From: a virus
IMG/VR virus record: IMGVR_UViG_3300046002_001774
Span: 7,432-71,431 of that record
DNA: 64,000 bases
Strand: one strand, 5' to 3'
Within the stretch, counting starts at the first letter, position 1; each line of letters begins with the position of its first letter. Both the position numbers and the translations under genes were made by a program. Below are positions 1-8,421 of this stretch, piece by piece. The notes under the pieces are model-generated. The model worked only from the letters and a program-made list of their open reading frames with translations, did not search any database and had not been told where the DNA came from.

Positions 1-1059
1 GATGCCCTCCTGTGGGAAGAAACCTCTTGCCATTGTGTAATATTCGGCAGTGCGTCCCTTGGATTCGTATGCCATGTAGCCCTCGTACGATTGGAAGCCG
101 GGGAACACAATCTCCTTCTCCAGCACGTTCTCGCACCTTGCTGCATCCAATCGCAATATATGCCAACCCTCCCTGCTGTCCCACTCGAAATCTTCCTCAC
201 AATCCACACTCTGCCAACCCCGCGCAGGTTCGCACCTCTTACCAAACTCACTATTTCTATCCTTCGGGTTCGATGCTCCGAAAATTTTGATGCGTCCCTT
301 GGAATCCTTCGTATCGGCAGCAGACAGGATGTTTTGTAGACCTTCCCACACCCCAGCGGGAACTTCTTCAGCTTCGTCTAGGACAACGTGCGTCCTACTC
401 ATTTGACCCCACTTGGGATCTGGCTTTTGTCTTGGAGATGGGTGGAATCCGCGCAAAGTACCAGTTCCGCTATCGCCTTTCGGAACGGCAACTAGGTGGA
501 TCCCATTCTTGTCATCGTCATTGGCTTGAATTGACTTCACAAGATCTTCGCTACCTTCGTACTCTGGTCTAACCAATGCAGTCCTGTAGAAGTTTTTGAT
601 TGCAGCGAATACGTTTCTCTGCGCGTGTGCCTCAGTAAGCGAAACTACTTTAATACAAGTGTATTCTGGATCTCGCATCCAATCCAACAAGAACCACGCA
701 GCGGCATTGAACGTCTTGCCCATTGCACCTGCACCTTGAACTAGCAATTTGTCATTTTCAAACAAGCACCTCCAAGTATCCGCTGCACTCTGTGGCCTCC
801 AATCGTAAACTCCACTACCCCACAAGATTGTTGCTGCCGCTTCAAACTGATCGTGCTTCAACAGGTGCTGAACGAAGTTTAACACAGTCTGCTTAGCCAC
901 CTTTTCGTCCAGTGTAACCTGCTTTTTCTGCGAATTCGTGAGATTTGTCAGTATAAACTGAGCGGCATAGATGACTCCGTTGATATCATCTTTCTCCGCT
1001 TCCGCTCGCACCCTTGTAGCAATGTTAATTGCCTGTAAAACTGACGGGGGTTTATTCAT
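1..1059 (-). CDS. terL: Terminase large subunit, second paralogue (TerL-A), 5' part only; runs off the window edge
   Basis: Not in the ORF track. Manual translation from ATG 1059 is open to position 1: MNKPPSVLQAINIATRV...QGAGAMGKT (Walker A)...HVVLDEAEE (Walker B)...GASNP...GFFPQEGI. Colinear with 61847..63727. Confidence 0.92.
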   Translation of the reverse strand, partial: MNKPPSVLQAINIATRVRAEAEKDDINGVIYAAQFILTNLTNSQKKQVTLDEKVAKQTVLNFVQHLLKHDQFEAAATILWGSGVYDWRPQSAADTWRCLFENDKLLVQGAGAMGKTFNAAAWFLLDWMRDPEYTCIKVVSLTEAHAQRNVFAAIKNFYRTALVRPEYEGSEDLVKSIQANDDDKNGIHLVAVPKGDSGTGTLRGFHPSPRQKPDPKWGQMSRTHVVLDEAEEVPAGVWEGLQNILSAADTKDSKGRIKIFGASNPKDRNSEFGKRCEPARGWQSVDCEEDFEWDSREGWHILRLDAARCENVLEKEIVFPGFQSYEGYMAYESKGRTAEYYTMARGFFPQEGI

Positions 1060-1306
1060 TCACTTTCCACCCGTACATCAGATTGAACCAAGCGAACTCC
1101 TTCTCCCCAGCCTTCTTACTGCTTCTGAATACTTTGGCAAACCTATTCACAAACCACTTCTTGTACTCACTAAACTCTTCCATGCTCCAACTTTTTTTAG
1201 TGTACCAATCTTCTTGGTGGGTGAATTCTTTGTCGAACCCTTCAAATCCCACTCGCTTGAACATTTCGTCCAACGCTTCCATCATAAATGTATCTACTTT
1301 GCTCAT
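1052..1306 (-). CDS. Hypothetical phage protein
   Basis: 84-aa ORF; its stop overlaps the TerL-A start; fits the minus-strand operon. Confidence 0.6.
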   Translation of the reverse strand: MSKVDTFMMEALDEMFKRVGFEGFDKEFTHQEDWYTKKSWSMEEFSEYKKWFVNRFAKVFRSSKKAGEKEFAWFNLMYGWKVNE

Positions 1307-1309
1307 ATA

Positions 1310-1549
1310 TTAATCCCAGTAAAGTTGTGTCCCTGTTAGTTTTCCGCTCATCATTCTCTCCAAAACTGGCTCAACGTCCCACGGGTACAATCCCTTCTCA
1401 TAGCAGGTTTGCATCCCAAAGTATTCATTGAACTTGTCTGCATCTATTCCGCTATTTTTCAACGCTTTATCTAGCACATCAAACTCAATATGCTCAATTG
1501 GGTTCTCCGTAATCACAATTCCAAGCTGATCTAGCCTGTTGTATTTCAT
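1310..1549 (-). CDS. Hypothetical phage protein
   Basis: 79-aa ORF tightly packed with its neighbours. Confidence 0.6.
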   Translation of the reverse strand: MKYNRLDQLGIVITENPIEHIEFDVLDKALKNSGIDADKFNEYFGMQTCYEKGLYPWDVEPVLERMMSGKLTGTQLYWD

Positions 1550-1737
1550 TCCTCATCCTCCTCGTCCTCATCATCTTCTTCATCCTCGTCATACATGGAG
1601 TTCTCAATCAATTCATGGATCTTGACCTGAAGAATGCCAATCATGCTGGCAAGCGGCAAATCAAACTCCGCTATGTAGGTATCGATTAGTTTATCAATTT
1701 TATTTTGTAGTTCTGTTATTTGTTCTGAGTCTTTCAT
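1546..1737 (-). CDS. Hypothetical protein with acidic C-terminus
   Basis: 63 aa, ends DEDEEDDEDEEDEE, overlaps next start. Confidence 0.55.
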   Translation of the reverse strand: MKDSEQITELQNKIDKLIDTYIAEFDLPLASMIGILQVKIHELIENSMYDEDEEDDEDEEDEE

Positions 1738-1881
1738 GTTCCTCCTTTAGTTGGTGAATTTTACCATCCTTGTTCCAAACTCTCACGTTTCCTAGTTCTT
1801 CAAACTGGAAGTCCCACTCCTCTTTTGTAATGCGTCCGAGCATATAGTCCTCGTTTGATTTCCGCTGGGCTTCTTCTCTTG

Positions 1882-2127
1882 TCATGTCCAATGATCTAAT
1901 GGACATCTCTCCGTGTCCATAACCAATTTGATTTCCATGTTGCATCCACAAACACCGCACTTGCCAGCACCAGCAAATGCCTTTGGGTCGTAGTGAACGC
2001 ACTGGTTGCAGATTAATAATCGCTCCTCGATCTGCTCTTTGTTCCGAATTGGCATACCTGCTTTAACGAATACCGCTGCACTCTTCACGAAGCTAATCGC
2101 TTTCTGCGCTAGATTTGGCTCGTTCAT
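1882..2127 (-). CDS. Small Cys-rich (zinc-finger-like) phage protein
   Basis: ERLLICNQC...KCGVCGC...CPLDHW pattern. Confidence 0.65.
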   Translation of the reverse strand: MNEPNLAQKAISFVKSAAVFVKAGMPIRNKEQIEERLLICNQCVHYDPKAFAGAGKCGVCGCNMEIKLVMDTERCPLDHWT

Positions 2128-2345
2128 TTCATTCCAAAGATACTCTTCAATGCATCCACACCAGTGCTGGTGCTATGATATGATCTTGGCTCGTCTTCAC
2201 TCTCTTCTTCTCCATCGTACATCGCAACATCCCAAGTCGTATCGAACAACTTACGCAGTCCCTTTGCAGACATGGTCACATTCCCACGTCCGTTGAACGA
2301 TGGGTTCTTGTTGGTGTACACCTTCCAGAGTTCTTCTTTTGTCAT
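2124..2345 (-). CDS. Hypothetical phage protein
   Basis: 73 aa, ATGA overlaps on both sides. Confidence 0.55.
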   Translation of the reverse strand: MTKEELWKVYTNKNPSFNGRGNVTMSAKGLRKLFDTTWDVAMYDGEEESEDEPRSYHSTSTGVDALKSIFGMK

Positions 2346-2731
2346 ACGTTTATCAGTGCAATGTTGAATTCCGCTGCAAGCAGTGTTGTTGATTCATCTG
2401 TTGGATACGTCTCACGATAGACTATCCTTTTGATCCCGTAAGATGCAAGCGATTTCAGGCAGTTGTTACATGGCAGTGTTGTTGATGCCAGCAGATAGCA
2501 CTCCAGTGGCTTAACATGACGCAAGGCATTCTGCTCTGCATGGACAACGTAATTCCTACGCTTATCCCTGTCAGTCCAGTCCTCCTCCATGTGCGGCGGG
2601 AATCCATTGTAACCACAGGCTGCAACAGTGTTGTCATGCCGCAACAACACAGCACCAACCTGCCTCCAAGGGTCTTTGCTCTTCTTGGCAACCACTTCAG
2701 CTATCGATAGTGCATATTCATCCCAGTTCAT
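2342..2731 (-). CDS. dCMP deaminase
   Basis: SKDP.RQVGAVL, GYNG, VHAEQNA and PCNNC zinc motifs. Confidence 0.9.
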   Translation of the reverse strand: MNWDEYALSIAEVVAKKSKDPWRQVGAVLLRHDNTVAACGYNGFPPHMEEDWTDRDKRRNYVVHAEQNALRHVKPLECYLLASTTLPCNNCLKSLASYGIKRIVYRETYPTDESTTLLAAEFNIALINV

Positions 2732-2740
2732 ATTTATTTA

Positions 2741-2781
2741 TTATTCACCGCATTATTACCGCATTATTCACCGCATATTCA
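2741..2781. repeat. Short tandem repeat, 3 x TTATT(C)ACCGCA
   Basis: Units at 2741-2752, 2753-2763 and 2764-2775, directly upstream of the dCMP deaminase start. Confidence 0.7.
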
Positions 2782-3059
2782 TTTCAATGAAGTCAAGACC
2801 TATGTACCTCACCAATATGATCTTCCAACCAGTAAACCGCCTGACCAGAATCCCTAACGTCATCAGGGAAGATGCACTCGTCTGATATGATTCCGTTTAA
2901 TTGTAATGCGTTCATCACTTTAGTTGCGTTGAGCCGCTTGTATTGAATGTAATGTTCAAGTGTGTTCACTCGTCGAACCCTTTCATGCCATCGTATACAA
3001 CATACAGTATAATAGCTGCTAATACGATATAGCCGATAATATATCCCATATATGACACC

Positions 3060-3524
3060 TTATTGGCAGGACTCACACTCTGGATCTTCGATGTGACAAG
3101 TGCGCTCGACCTTCACTCCGTCCAAGTCATCGTCATCCTTCAACACAACTGGTTCCTCAACCACGTCTAGCTTATCTGCCCGTGCGATTGCTGCTGCATT
3201 AGTGTAGCGTTTCTCTGGGTAACGCTTCGACAGCTTCTCGACGTTAGCTTCCATGCACTCGTTAATCGTTAAGCCCAACTCGTTAAGCAAACCAGTAAGG
3301 TAGAACAGGATATCTCCTGCCTCTTCCCGCACGTTGTCGAAGTCTAATTGCTTCTGGTACACTGCGTGTTTCTTGATTGCATCCAGCAACTCACCAGCTT
3401 CACCACTGACTCCAACTGCCATGTGGAGAATGGATGCCTGAAGTGGAGTAAGCTGGACAAGGATGTCATGCCCCGGCTTCACGATGGACTGAACGAATTG
3501 TTCGTATGGTGTAGTTAATTTCAT
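3060..3524 (-). CDS. MazG-like NTP pyrophosphohydrolase with C-terminal CxxC tail
   Basis: GVSGEAGELLDAIKK...EEAGDILFYL...NVEKLSKRYP; ends CHIEDPECESCQ. Confidence 0.85.
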   Translation of the reverse strand: MKLTTPYEQFVQSIVKPGHDILVQLTPLQASILHMAVGVSGEAGELLDAIKKHAVYQKQLDFDNVREEAGDILFYLTGLLNELGLTINECMEANVEKLSKRYPEKRYTNAAAIARADKLDVVEEPVVLKDDDDLDGVKVERTCHIEDPECESCQ

Positions 3525-4075
3525 TGTGTGTATATATTAAAGTATGCCAAGCCGAAACAACCTGCCTCGGCTAGGTGGACTAACTTTCCCTCACTACCTA
3601 TGCTCTCGTCAAGTATCTTTTTAGTTATCATCTGCGGATGCCCATCATGTGGTTCAATGTCAACCCATTCAAAGATGCGAAGAACCTTTGCCGCTCGTAG
3701 TGCGTTGCTGATGATTAACGCAGGGTCATCAGTATGCTGCAAGCAATTGTAAATCCAGCACTCATCGAAGCCCTCTTCAACCACTTCCTCACCTCTCATC
3801 ACCAGACATTCAACACCATGCTCATGGTAGCGAGCGTAAGTCCATTGTGGGTACTGGAGCGGATCCACCACCAATGCCCTGCCAAGTCCCTTTGATTTGA
3901 GCAGCATGGACGTAGGCCCACCACCTATGTCCAGCACTGACTTGCCTGACAGACTGAACCCATAGCCCACTTGGTGCAGTCCCATGAATCTCGCATAGAC
4001 ATAGTGTTTCTGGTCTTCGTCGAAGGTATTGCAGCAGTCTCCCCAGTACTGCGATTCAAACGTGTAGTCGCTCAT
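3521..4075 (-). CDS. Class I SAM-dependent methyltransferase
   Basis: VLDIGGG motif I, VDP motif II, NCLQHTDDP; start placed at MSDYTF. Confidence 0.8.
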   Translation of the reverse strand: MSDYTFESQYWGDCCNTFDEDQKHYVYARFMGLHQVGYGFSLSGKSVLDIGGGPTSMLLKSKGLGRALVVDPLQYPQWTYARYHEHGVECLVMRGEEVVEEGFDECWIYNCLQHTDDPALIISNALRAAKVLRIFEWVDIEPHDGHPQMITKKILDESIGSEGKLVHLAEAGCFGLAYFNIYTQ

Positions 4076-4272
4076 TTCAGTTCCTCCTTCAGCTTGCGAT
4101 AGTGTGCCACTGCTTGGGGCCATTGGTCATGCCAACCTGATGACGCTACTAGTCGATCCGCGCAATCCTTCCATCTGTCACGCTCTTGGGTTATCTTGTC
4201 TATCTCTTCTGTTGTATCGTTCATATTATTTTTGTTGTGACAAATAGTGGGTAGTATTTGTCACAGGGTTTG

Positions 4273-5406
4273 TTAGTGATTGGATGGGTAAGTCATTGTC
4301 ATTGCATCGATTCCGTTGCCATCAGCGTACCACCCTGCTCCATTGTACACGTCTAGCACGTCTTGGAAATACTTCTCGTACCTTGGTGCAACTCGTTCAA
4401 GCGTAAAGTTCTCACCGAATGCACGGCAGTCCGCTGGCTTGATCTTGTCAATGTTGTTGATTGCATCGACGTAATCACCCATTGTCCTGCATCGATACCC
4501 AGTGACCCCGTGAAGATTGTTCTCTGCGAAGCTACCCCAGTCGCTGGTGATGGTTGGGGTTCCGCTCAATAAGTTCTCGATCTGGACTCCACCGAATGGT
4601 TCGACGTACTGGCTAGGCAGGAAAGATGCCTTAGCCTTAGACATGAGTTCCTTTCGCTTAGGAACGTCAGCATAGCCCACATACTCCACATGGGGTGGGA
4701 ATGTATACCCAGCCTCGCATTGACCCGCTACAACCAGTTTCACTCCTGCTCTGCGCGTTGCGTCGATTGCGATATCTACACCCTTGCCAGAGTAGACCCT
4801 GCCCAAGTACAGGAAATAGTCTTCCTTCTTGTCGTTGAAGGTGAAGTCATCGATGTCGAAATAGTTGGGGATCACCACGGAATAGTTGTCCTGCTGGCAC
4901 TGCCCAACTGCACCCATGCCGCAGAACGCATGGTAGATGGCATAGCTCTCCCAAACCTTCCATTTAGCCCAGTGACCACCAGCGTACCCTATCCCCGGCT
5001 CAACTACGATCATATCATGTTGATGTGCATCACATATCGGTCGTACTCCGCTGCCCCAAAATGGAAGAATAAAGTCGTTCTTTTTCTTTCTAAAACCTAC
5101 CTCCCGAATGGCATTGGAATAGAACGTCTGGTATGCATGGTCACCAGTGTCGAACTTGAAGAATGTTTTCCTCCAGTCATGGGATCCATATGACTTGGCA
5201 AAGTCCTCGTTGGTCAGGACGCTGACGTGTTCCGTGCATTGCAGGTCACTGTCCTCATGCCCGTAGTGGATCACCTCATGGCCCCTATCGGTCATAGCTT
5301 TTGCAAACTTGACCACCTTTTGGGTATACGCACAAGCGTTAAACTCTTTGGATGTAACTGTGTGTGGTAACCCTAGTGCGTGGAATCTCATTTTTGTTGT
5401 TTTCAT
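4273..5406 (-). CDS. GT4-family (GT-B) glycosyltransferase
   Basis: YLGRVYSGKG, PSQYVEPFGGVQIENLLSGTP (EX7E), HGVTG. Confidence 0.9.
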   Translation of the reverse strand: MKTTKMRFHALGLPHTVTSKEFNACAYTQKVVKFAKAMTDRGHEVIHYGHEDSDLQCTEHVSVLTNEDFAKSYGSHDWRKTFFKFDTGDHAYQTFYSNAIREVGFRKKKNDFILPFWGSGVRPICDAHQHDMIVVEPGIGYAGGHWAKWKVWESYAIYHAFCGMGAVGQCQQDNYSVVIPNYFDIDDFTFNDKKEDYFLYLGRVYSGKGVDIAIDATRRAGVKLVVAGQCEAGYTFPPHVEYVGYADVPKRKELMSKAKASFLPSQYVEPFGGVQIENLLSGTPTITSDWGSFAENNLHGVTGYRCRTMGDYVDAINNIDKIKPADCRAFGENFTLERVAPRYEKYFQDVLDVYNGAGWYADGNGIDAMTMTYPSNH

Positions 5407-5583
5407 TATGTACTACTGCTGTTATGTGAAGTTATTGATTGTTTTCCCTATTCTTCAGCTTGTTGATCAAGGACTTCTGCTTGTTTACGTCATGCTGCAA
5501 TTCGTGGATGATTTGCCTCAATTCTCTGATGTGCTGCTTTTGTTGCTGGATTATACGCATCTCTGGTGTTATCTCATGCGCTT

Positions 5584-5793
5584 TCATAGGTTCTCTAGGA
5601 TCTCTGTTAGTTTTGCTCTCATGTTGTTGACTTGTTTCAGGCTTTGGTAGTCTTGTGCGCTCACCTCAAAGGTTGAGTATCGGTGATTGCACTTTTCGTT
5701 GTTGCAGTATCTACGTCTTGAGAATCGATTGCCTAGGTCACGGCATTCCATAACGTGTGTCGTAGAACTGCATTTGGGGCATAATTTGACCAT
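5584..5793 (-). CDS. NrdR-like zinc-ribbon protein (no ATP cone)
   Basis: CPKC...THVMECR...RRRYC...CNHRYSTFE. Confidence 0.75.
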   Translation of the reverse strand: MVKLCPKCSSTTHVMECRDLGNRFSRRRYCNNEKCNHRYSTFEVSAQDYQSLKQVNNMRAKLTEILENL

Positions 5794-5902
5794 TATGGAT
5801 AAACCCTAGATATGGGGTATTTAAAAATAGTTAACACTATATGGTGATTATTATCGACAACATCAGTGATTTTGTGGTTAAAATGCATTAGCAAATCGTT
5901 CG

Positions 5903-6391
5903 CTAGCCCACATGATCCTCTCCAGTCGCTTCGATGTGCATTTGCTTCTCCTCTGGTTCCCTGCCTTGGATTAGCTCAATGGGTTCAGCACTTCTATCAC
6001 CGATGGTGAATGTGACGTTGAGTGGCTTTGCTTGTGTCGATTCGATTTCAATCTTATCCCCGTACTGACGTGCGTTCCACTTACCTAGTAGACGGATACG
6101 AGTGTCAATTCTGACCCTCTTCTCCTGAGCATCGAGCATAGGATCATCAGCGATTCTTATGCAGTCATCAGCGATTGCGTGAGTGCCTATTTTGCGTGAG
6201 AGATGAGATTTGTTGCGAAAGTCTTCGTTTGAGCATTCCCATCTCCATACTGTTGAGTAGTTTGGCATCCCCTCTAGATTACAGATGGATGAGAGTGTTT
6301 GGCCCATTGAAAGTCGTTCACAGATTTCCTCTGCGATTTCCTCGTTATACTCTGGTGGTCTACCCATTTTCTTAGATGGTTTAAAGCTCAT
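5903..6391 (-). CDS. terS: Terminase small subunit (Sf6 gp1-like)
   Basis: GRPPEYNEEIAEEICERL..GQTLSSIC..EGMPNYSTVWRW...RIDTR..LLGKWN..QYGDK. Confidence 0.85.
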   Translation of the reverse strand: MSFKPSKKMGRPPEYNEEIAEEICERLSMGQTLSSICNLEGMPNYSTVWRWECSNEDFRNKSHLSRKIGTHAIADDCIRIADDPMLDAQEKRVRIDTRIRLLGKWNARQYGDKIEIESTQAKPLNVTFTIGDRSAEPIELIQGREPEEKQMHIEATGEDHVG

Positions 6392-6752
6392 ATGGTGATT
6401 GTGACTGCTTAGGTTTACGCTTGGGTAATCCTGATTTCGGTTCGTTGCTCTGCTTGAGTTTTGACTTTGACTTGCGAGAACGTGATGTTGACGCTTTCGG
6501 GGTTATCGTCTGGGATGAGGTGCGCGTATCGGATTTGGTCGATAAGTGGTTTGCAGCCCCCTGCAAGATTGTCAACATCGAGTGTTTTTGTGGAGTATCT
6601 TGTAATTGAGAGAGTGTATAGCGGATTGCACTTAGCAGCGCAGTCCTTGCTAGGAGCTTTTGCTTTGTGTACTTTGTCCAATGCGCGTTTAGGAGCGTGT
6701 TTAACGAGGGTGTCAAGTAGCCGTCTAGATGGAGGTTTATAGTTGTCTGCAT
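6381..6752 (-). CDS. Overlapping ORF carrying a RusA-like N-terminal segment
   Basis: INLHLDGYLTPSLNTLLNAHWTKYTKQK resembles the PSxN...HW N-terminus of phage RusA-like resolvases. Confidence 0.5.
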   Translation of the reverse strand: MQTTINLHLDGYLTPSLNTLLNAHWTKYTKQKLLARTALLSAIRYTLSQLQDTPQKHSMLTILQGAANHLSTKSDTRTSSQTITPKASTSRSRKSKSKLKQSNEPKSGLPKRKPKQSQSPYEL

Positions 6753-6819
6753 AGTAGTAATGTCCGTCAGGTGCGAGTGTGTAGCCTTTCTCTTTGAGTT
6801 GTTCAGTTGTCCAGTTCAT
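6415..6819 (-). CDS. RusA-like Holliday junction resolvase, catalytic half
   Basis: LDVDNLAGGCKPLIDQI...LIPDDNP = RusA DxDN..K...D...DD catalytic pattern. Confidence 0.75.
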   Translation of the reverse strand: MNWTTEQLKEKGYTLAPDGHYYYADNYKPPSRRLLDTLVKHAPKRALDKVHKAKAPSKDCAAKCNPLYTLSITRYSTKTLDVDNLAGGCKPLIDQIRYAHLIPDDNPESVNITFSQVKVKTQAEQRTEIRITQA

Positions 6820-6862
6820 TTGCGGGTATAGTTTTGAGTTATTGTGTGGGATTATACCTTAT

Positions 6863-7165
6863 CTAGCTCATTAAACCCTTTGCTCGTATTCCTGCGTTTA
6901 TGATTTGGTTGTGAGCATCATCAGCAATGGTTGCAGGAAAGAAGATTTCTTTAAGATCCTTGTAGTTTGTTCTTGGGAAGATTTCATCTGTTTCGATTTC
7001 CCCATCTTTTATGCTGGTTGTTAGTTGGAATCGTTTAGGAAGCTCATAGAGTTTAGCGGACAATGGATTGGCTTCCATGTCTAGATCCCAGAATAGATCA
7101 ATCATAGTGTTTGCTTGCAGTATTGATATTGTGCCATCTGGCCATTTTGCTAGGTATGTTTTCAT
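6863..7165 (-). CDS. Hypothetical phage protein
   Basis: 100-aa ORF with A-rich leader. Confidence 0.6.
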   Translation of the reverse strand: MKTYLAKWPDGTISILQANTMIDLFWDLDMEANPLSAKLYELPKRFQLTTSIKDGEIETDEIFPRTNYKDLKEIFFPATIADDAHNQIINAGIRAKGLMS

Positions 7166-7172
7166 TGATTGT

Positions 7173-7634
7173 TTAAAACTTTTTTAGGTTGTCTTGGTCT
7201 AGTGCATAGCCTTCTCCGTGGCCTAGATTAATTATGTTCGATGGTTTGATCAGGTCTTCCTTCCATGCCCATCCTTTGTAGTCAAGTGTTGGTGAATCCA
7301 CAACGCATAAGACGTATACATCTACATCTGGATTTACTTTGAGTGTGGACAGCAAGCGAGCGTGTGTGTGCTTTGATGCCTTTATATCGTATCTGTTGCC
7401 GCTTGGCATAACGCCATCTGGAGATCCAGATCGAGGTGATAGTCCGAGGTCAGGAAATACATTCATCAGCTTTGCGAACCCGTACTCTGCCATCATGCCA
7501 ATCACGTCAGCTTCTGCTCCGTCTTGGTTGCCAATCTTGGCATCCTTGACTCCATTGCTTCGAGCTATAAGCGAACGCATCCTGCCAATGAGTTGGCATA
7601 TCTGCACCTCGTCAGGGTTGAGTGTAAGTTGCAT
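7173..7634 (-). CDS. PD-(D/E)XK-like nuclease family protein
   Basis: GMMAEYGFA...SPDG...RYDIKAS. Confidence 0.55.
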   Translation of the reverse strand: MQLTLNPDEVQICQLIGRMRSLIARSNGVKDAKIGNQDGAEADVIGMMAEYGFAKLMNVFPDLGLSPRSGSPDGVMPSGNRYDIKASKHTHARLLSTLKVNPDVDVYVLCVVDSPTLDYKGWAWKEDLIKPSNIINLGHGEGYALDQDNLKKF

Positions 7635-7637
7635 GGT

Positions 7638-7919
7638 CTATCGTGATTGCTGAATGAATTTGAGTGCGATTGCCATTAGCTCAGGGTAGTCGCGCAGTGA
7701 CTCTAGGTAGCTTTGAAACATATCATCAATAGCCTGTTCAGCGAACGGGTCTGGAATGATCTCAGCCTTGACCTGTACGTCCTCCAATTCCTTGTTGGAT
7801 GCTCTTAGTGCAAATATCGCAGCGGAGCAGAATACTGCCAGTTGTGCGGCAATAGAGCGGTAGTCCTTGTCGCAGTCCTTGAGTCGTTCTATCTCAGCTG
7901 TATATAGTGGGTCATTCAT
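7638..7919 (-). CDS. Hypothetical phage protein
   Basis: 93-aa ORF, operon-packed. Confidence 0.55.
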   Translation of the reverse strand: MNDPLYTAEIERLKDCDKDYRSIAAQLAVFCSAAIFALRASNKELEDVQVKAEIIPDPFAEQAIDDMFQSYLESLRDYPELMAIALKFIQQSR

Positions 7920-8206
7920 TTTGCTTCCTCCAATGCGGATCTGGCAATCAGGCCCATGTTTTCTCTGTCCGCGTAAATGTCTGTCCCGTCGATGAATAAA
8001 TCCTCAATCTTCATTAACGCAGCCCTAGCCTCGTCGCGTTCTTGACAGAATCGTTCTGCCCTGCACTCTGCCTGTGCAATTTGAGATAAAGCCTCGTCAC
8101 GTTCTTGCTCCAGCCTAGCCAACTCGCTAGTGGAGTGCAACTCCAGTGCAGTTAGCCTGTCAGCCAGTTGCTTTGCGTCCAAGTAGTCTGTTATAATTTC
8201 GTTCAT
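7916..8206 (-). CDS. Coiled-coil phage protein with ERDEA repeats
   Basis: QERDEAL / QERDEAR repeats. Confidence 0.6.
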   Translation of the reverse strand: MNEIITDYLDAKQLADRLTALELHSTSELARLEQERDEALSQIAQAECRAERFCQERDEARAALMKIEDLFIDGTDIYADRENMGLIARSALEEAK

Positions 8207-8218
8207 ATATTTATAAAA

Positions 8219-8420
8219 GGGGTGTGAGGTTTTATGTAGTTACCTCACAGGGTCAAATGATAACCAGCCCACATGGTGGCCGCTACAATCCCTTAAAATT
8301 GTGGCTGTGGTTTTTGGGGTCACAGCCAACCCCCTTTGCCCCTGCTGATCGGGAGTTCCCAACCTAGCGAGGAAATCCTGTAACCTGCGGGACTGACCTA
8401 TGCAGGTTAGCAAGGAAAGC
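8219..8420 (-). ncRNA. Candidate structured RNA element (hairpins plus H-type pseudoknot)
   Basis: Stems TAACCTGC/GCAGGTTA and GTGAGGT/ACCTCAC; crossing pairs GGGGT/ACCCC and TGGCTGTG/CACAGCCA (8302-8333). Confidence 0.45.
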
Positions 8421-8421
8421 A

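Noticed and set aside
1-1059. Terminal redundancy or circular overlap as the explanation for the second terL
   Set aside because: The copies differ at many nucleotide and amino-acid positions and have different upstream genes
8340-8420. HDV-like ribozyme suggested by TTCCTCGC on the minus strand
   Set aside because: P3 and the nested double pseudoknot could not be built
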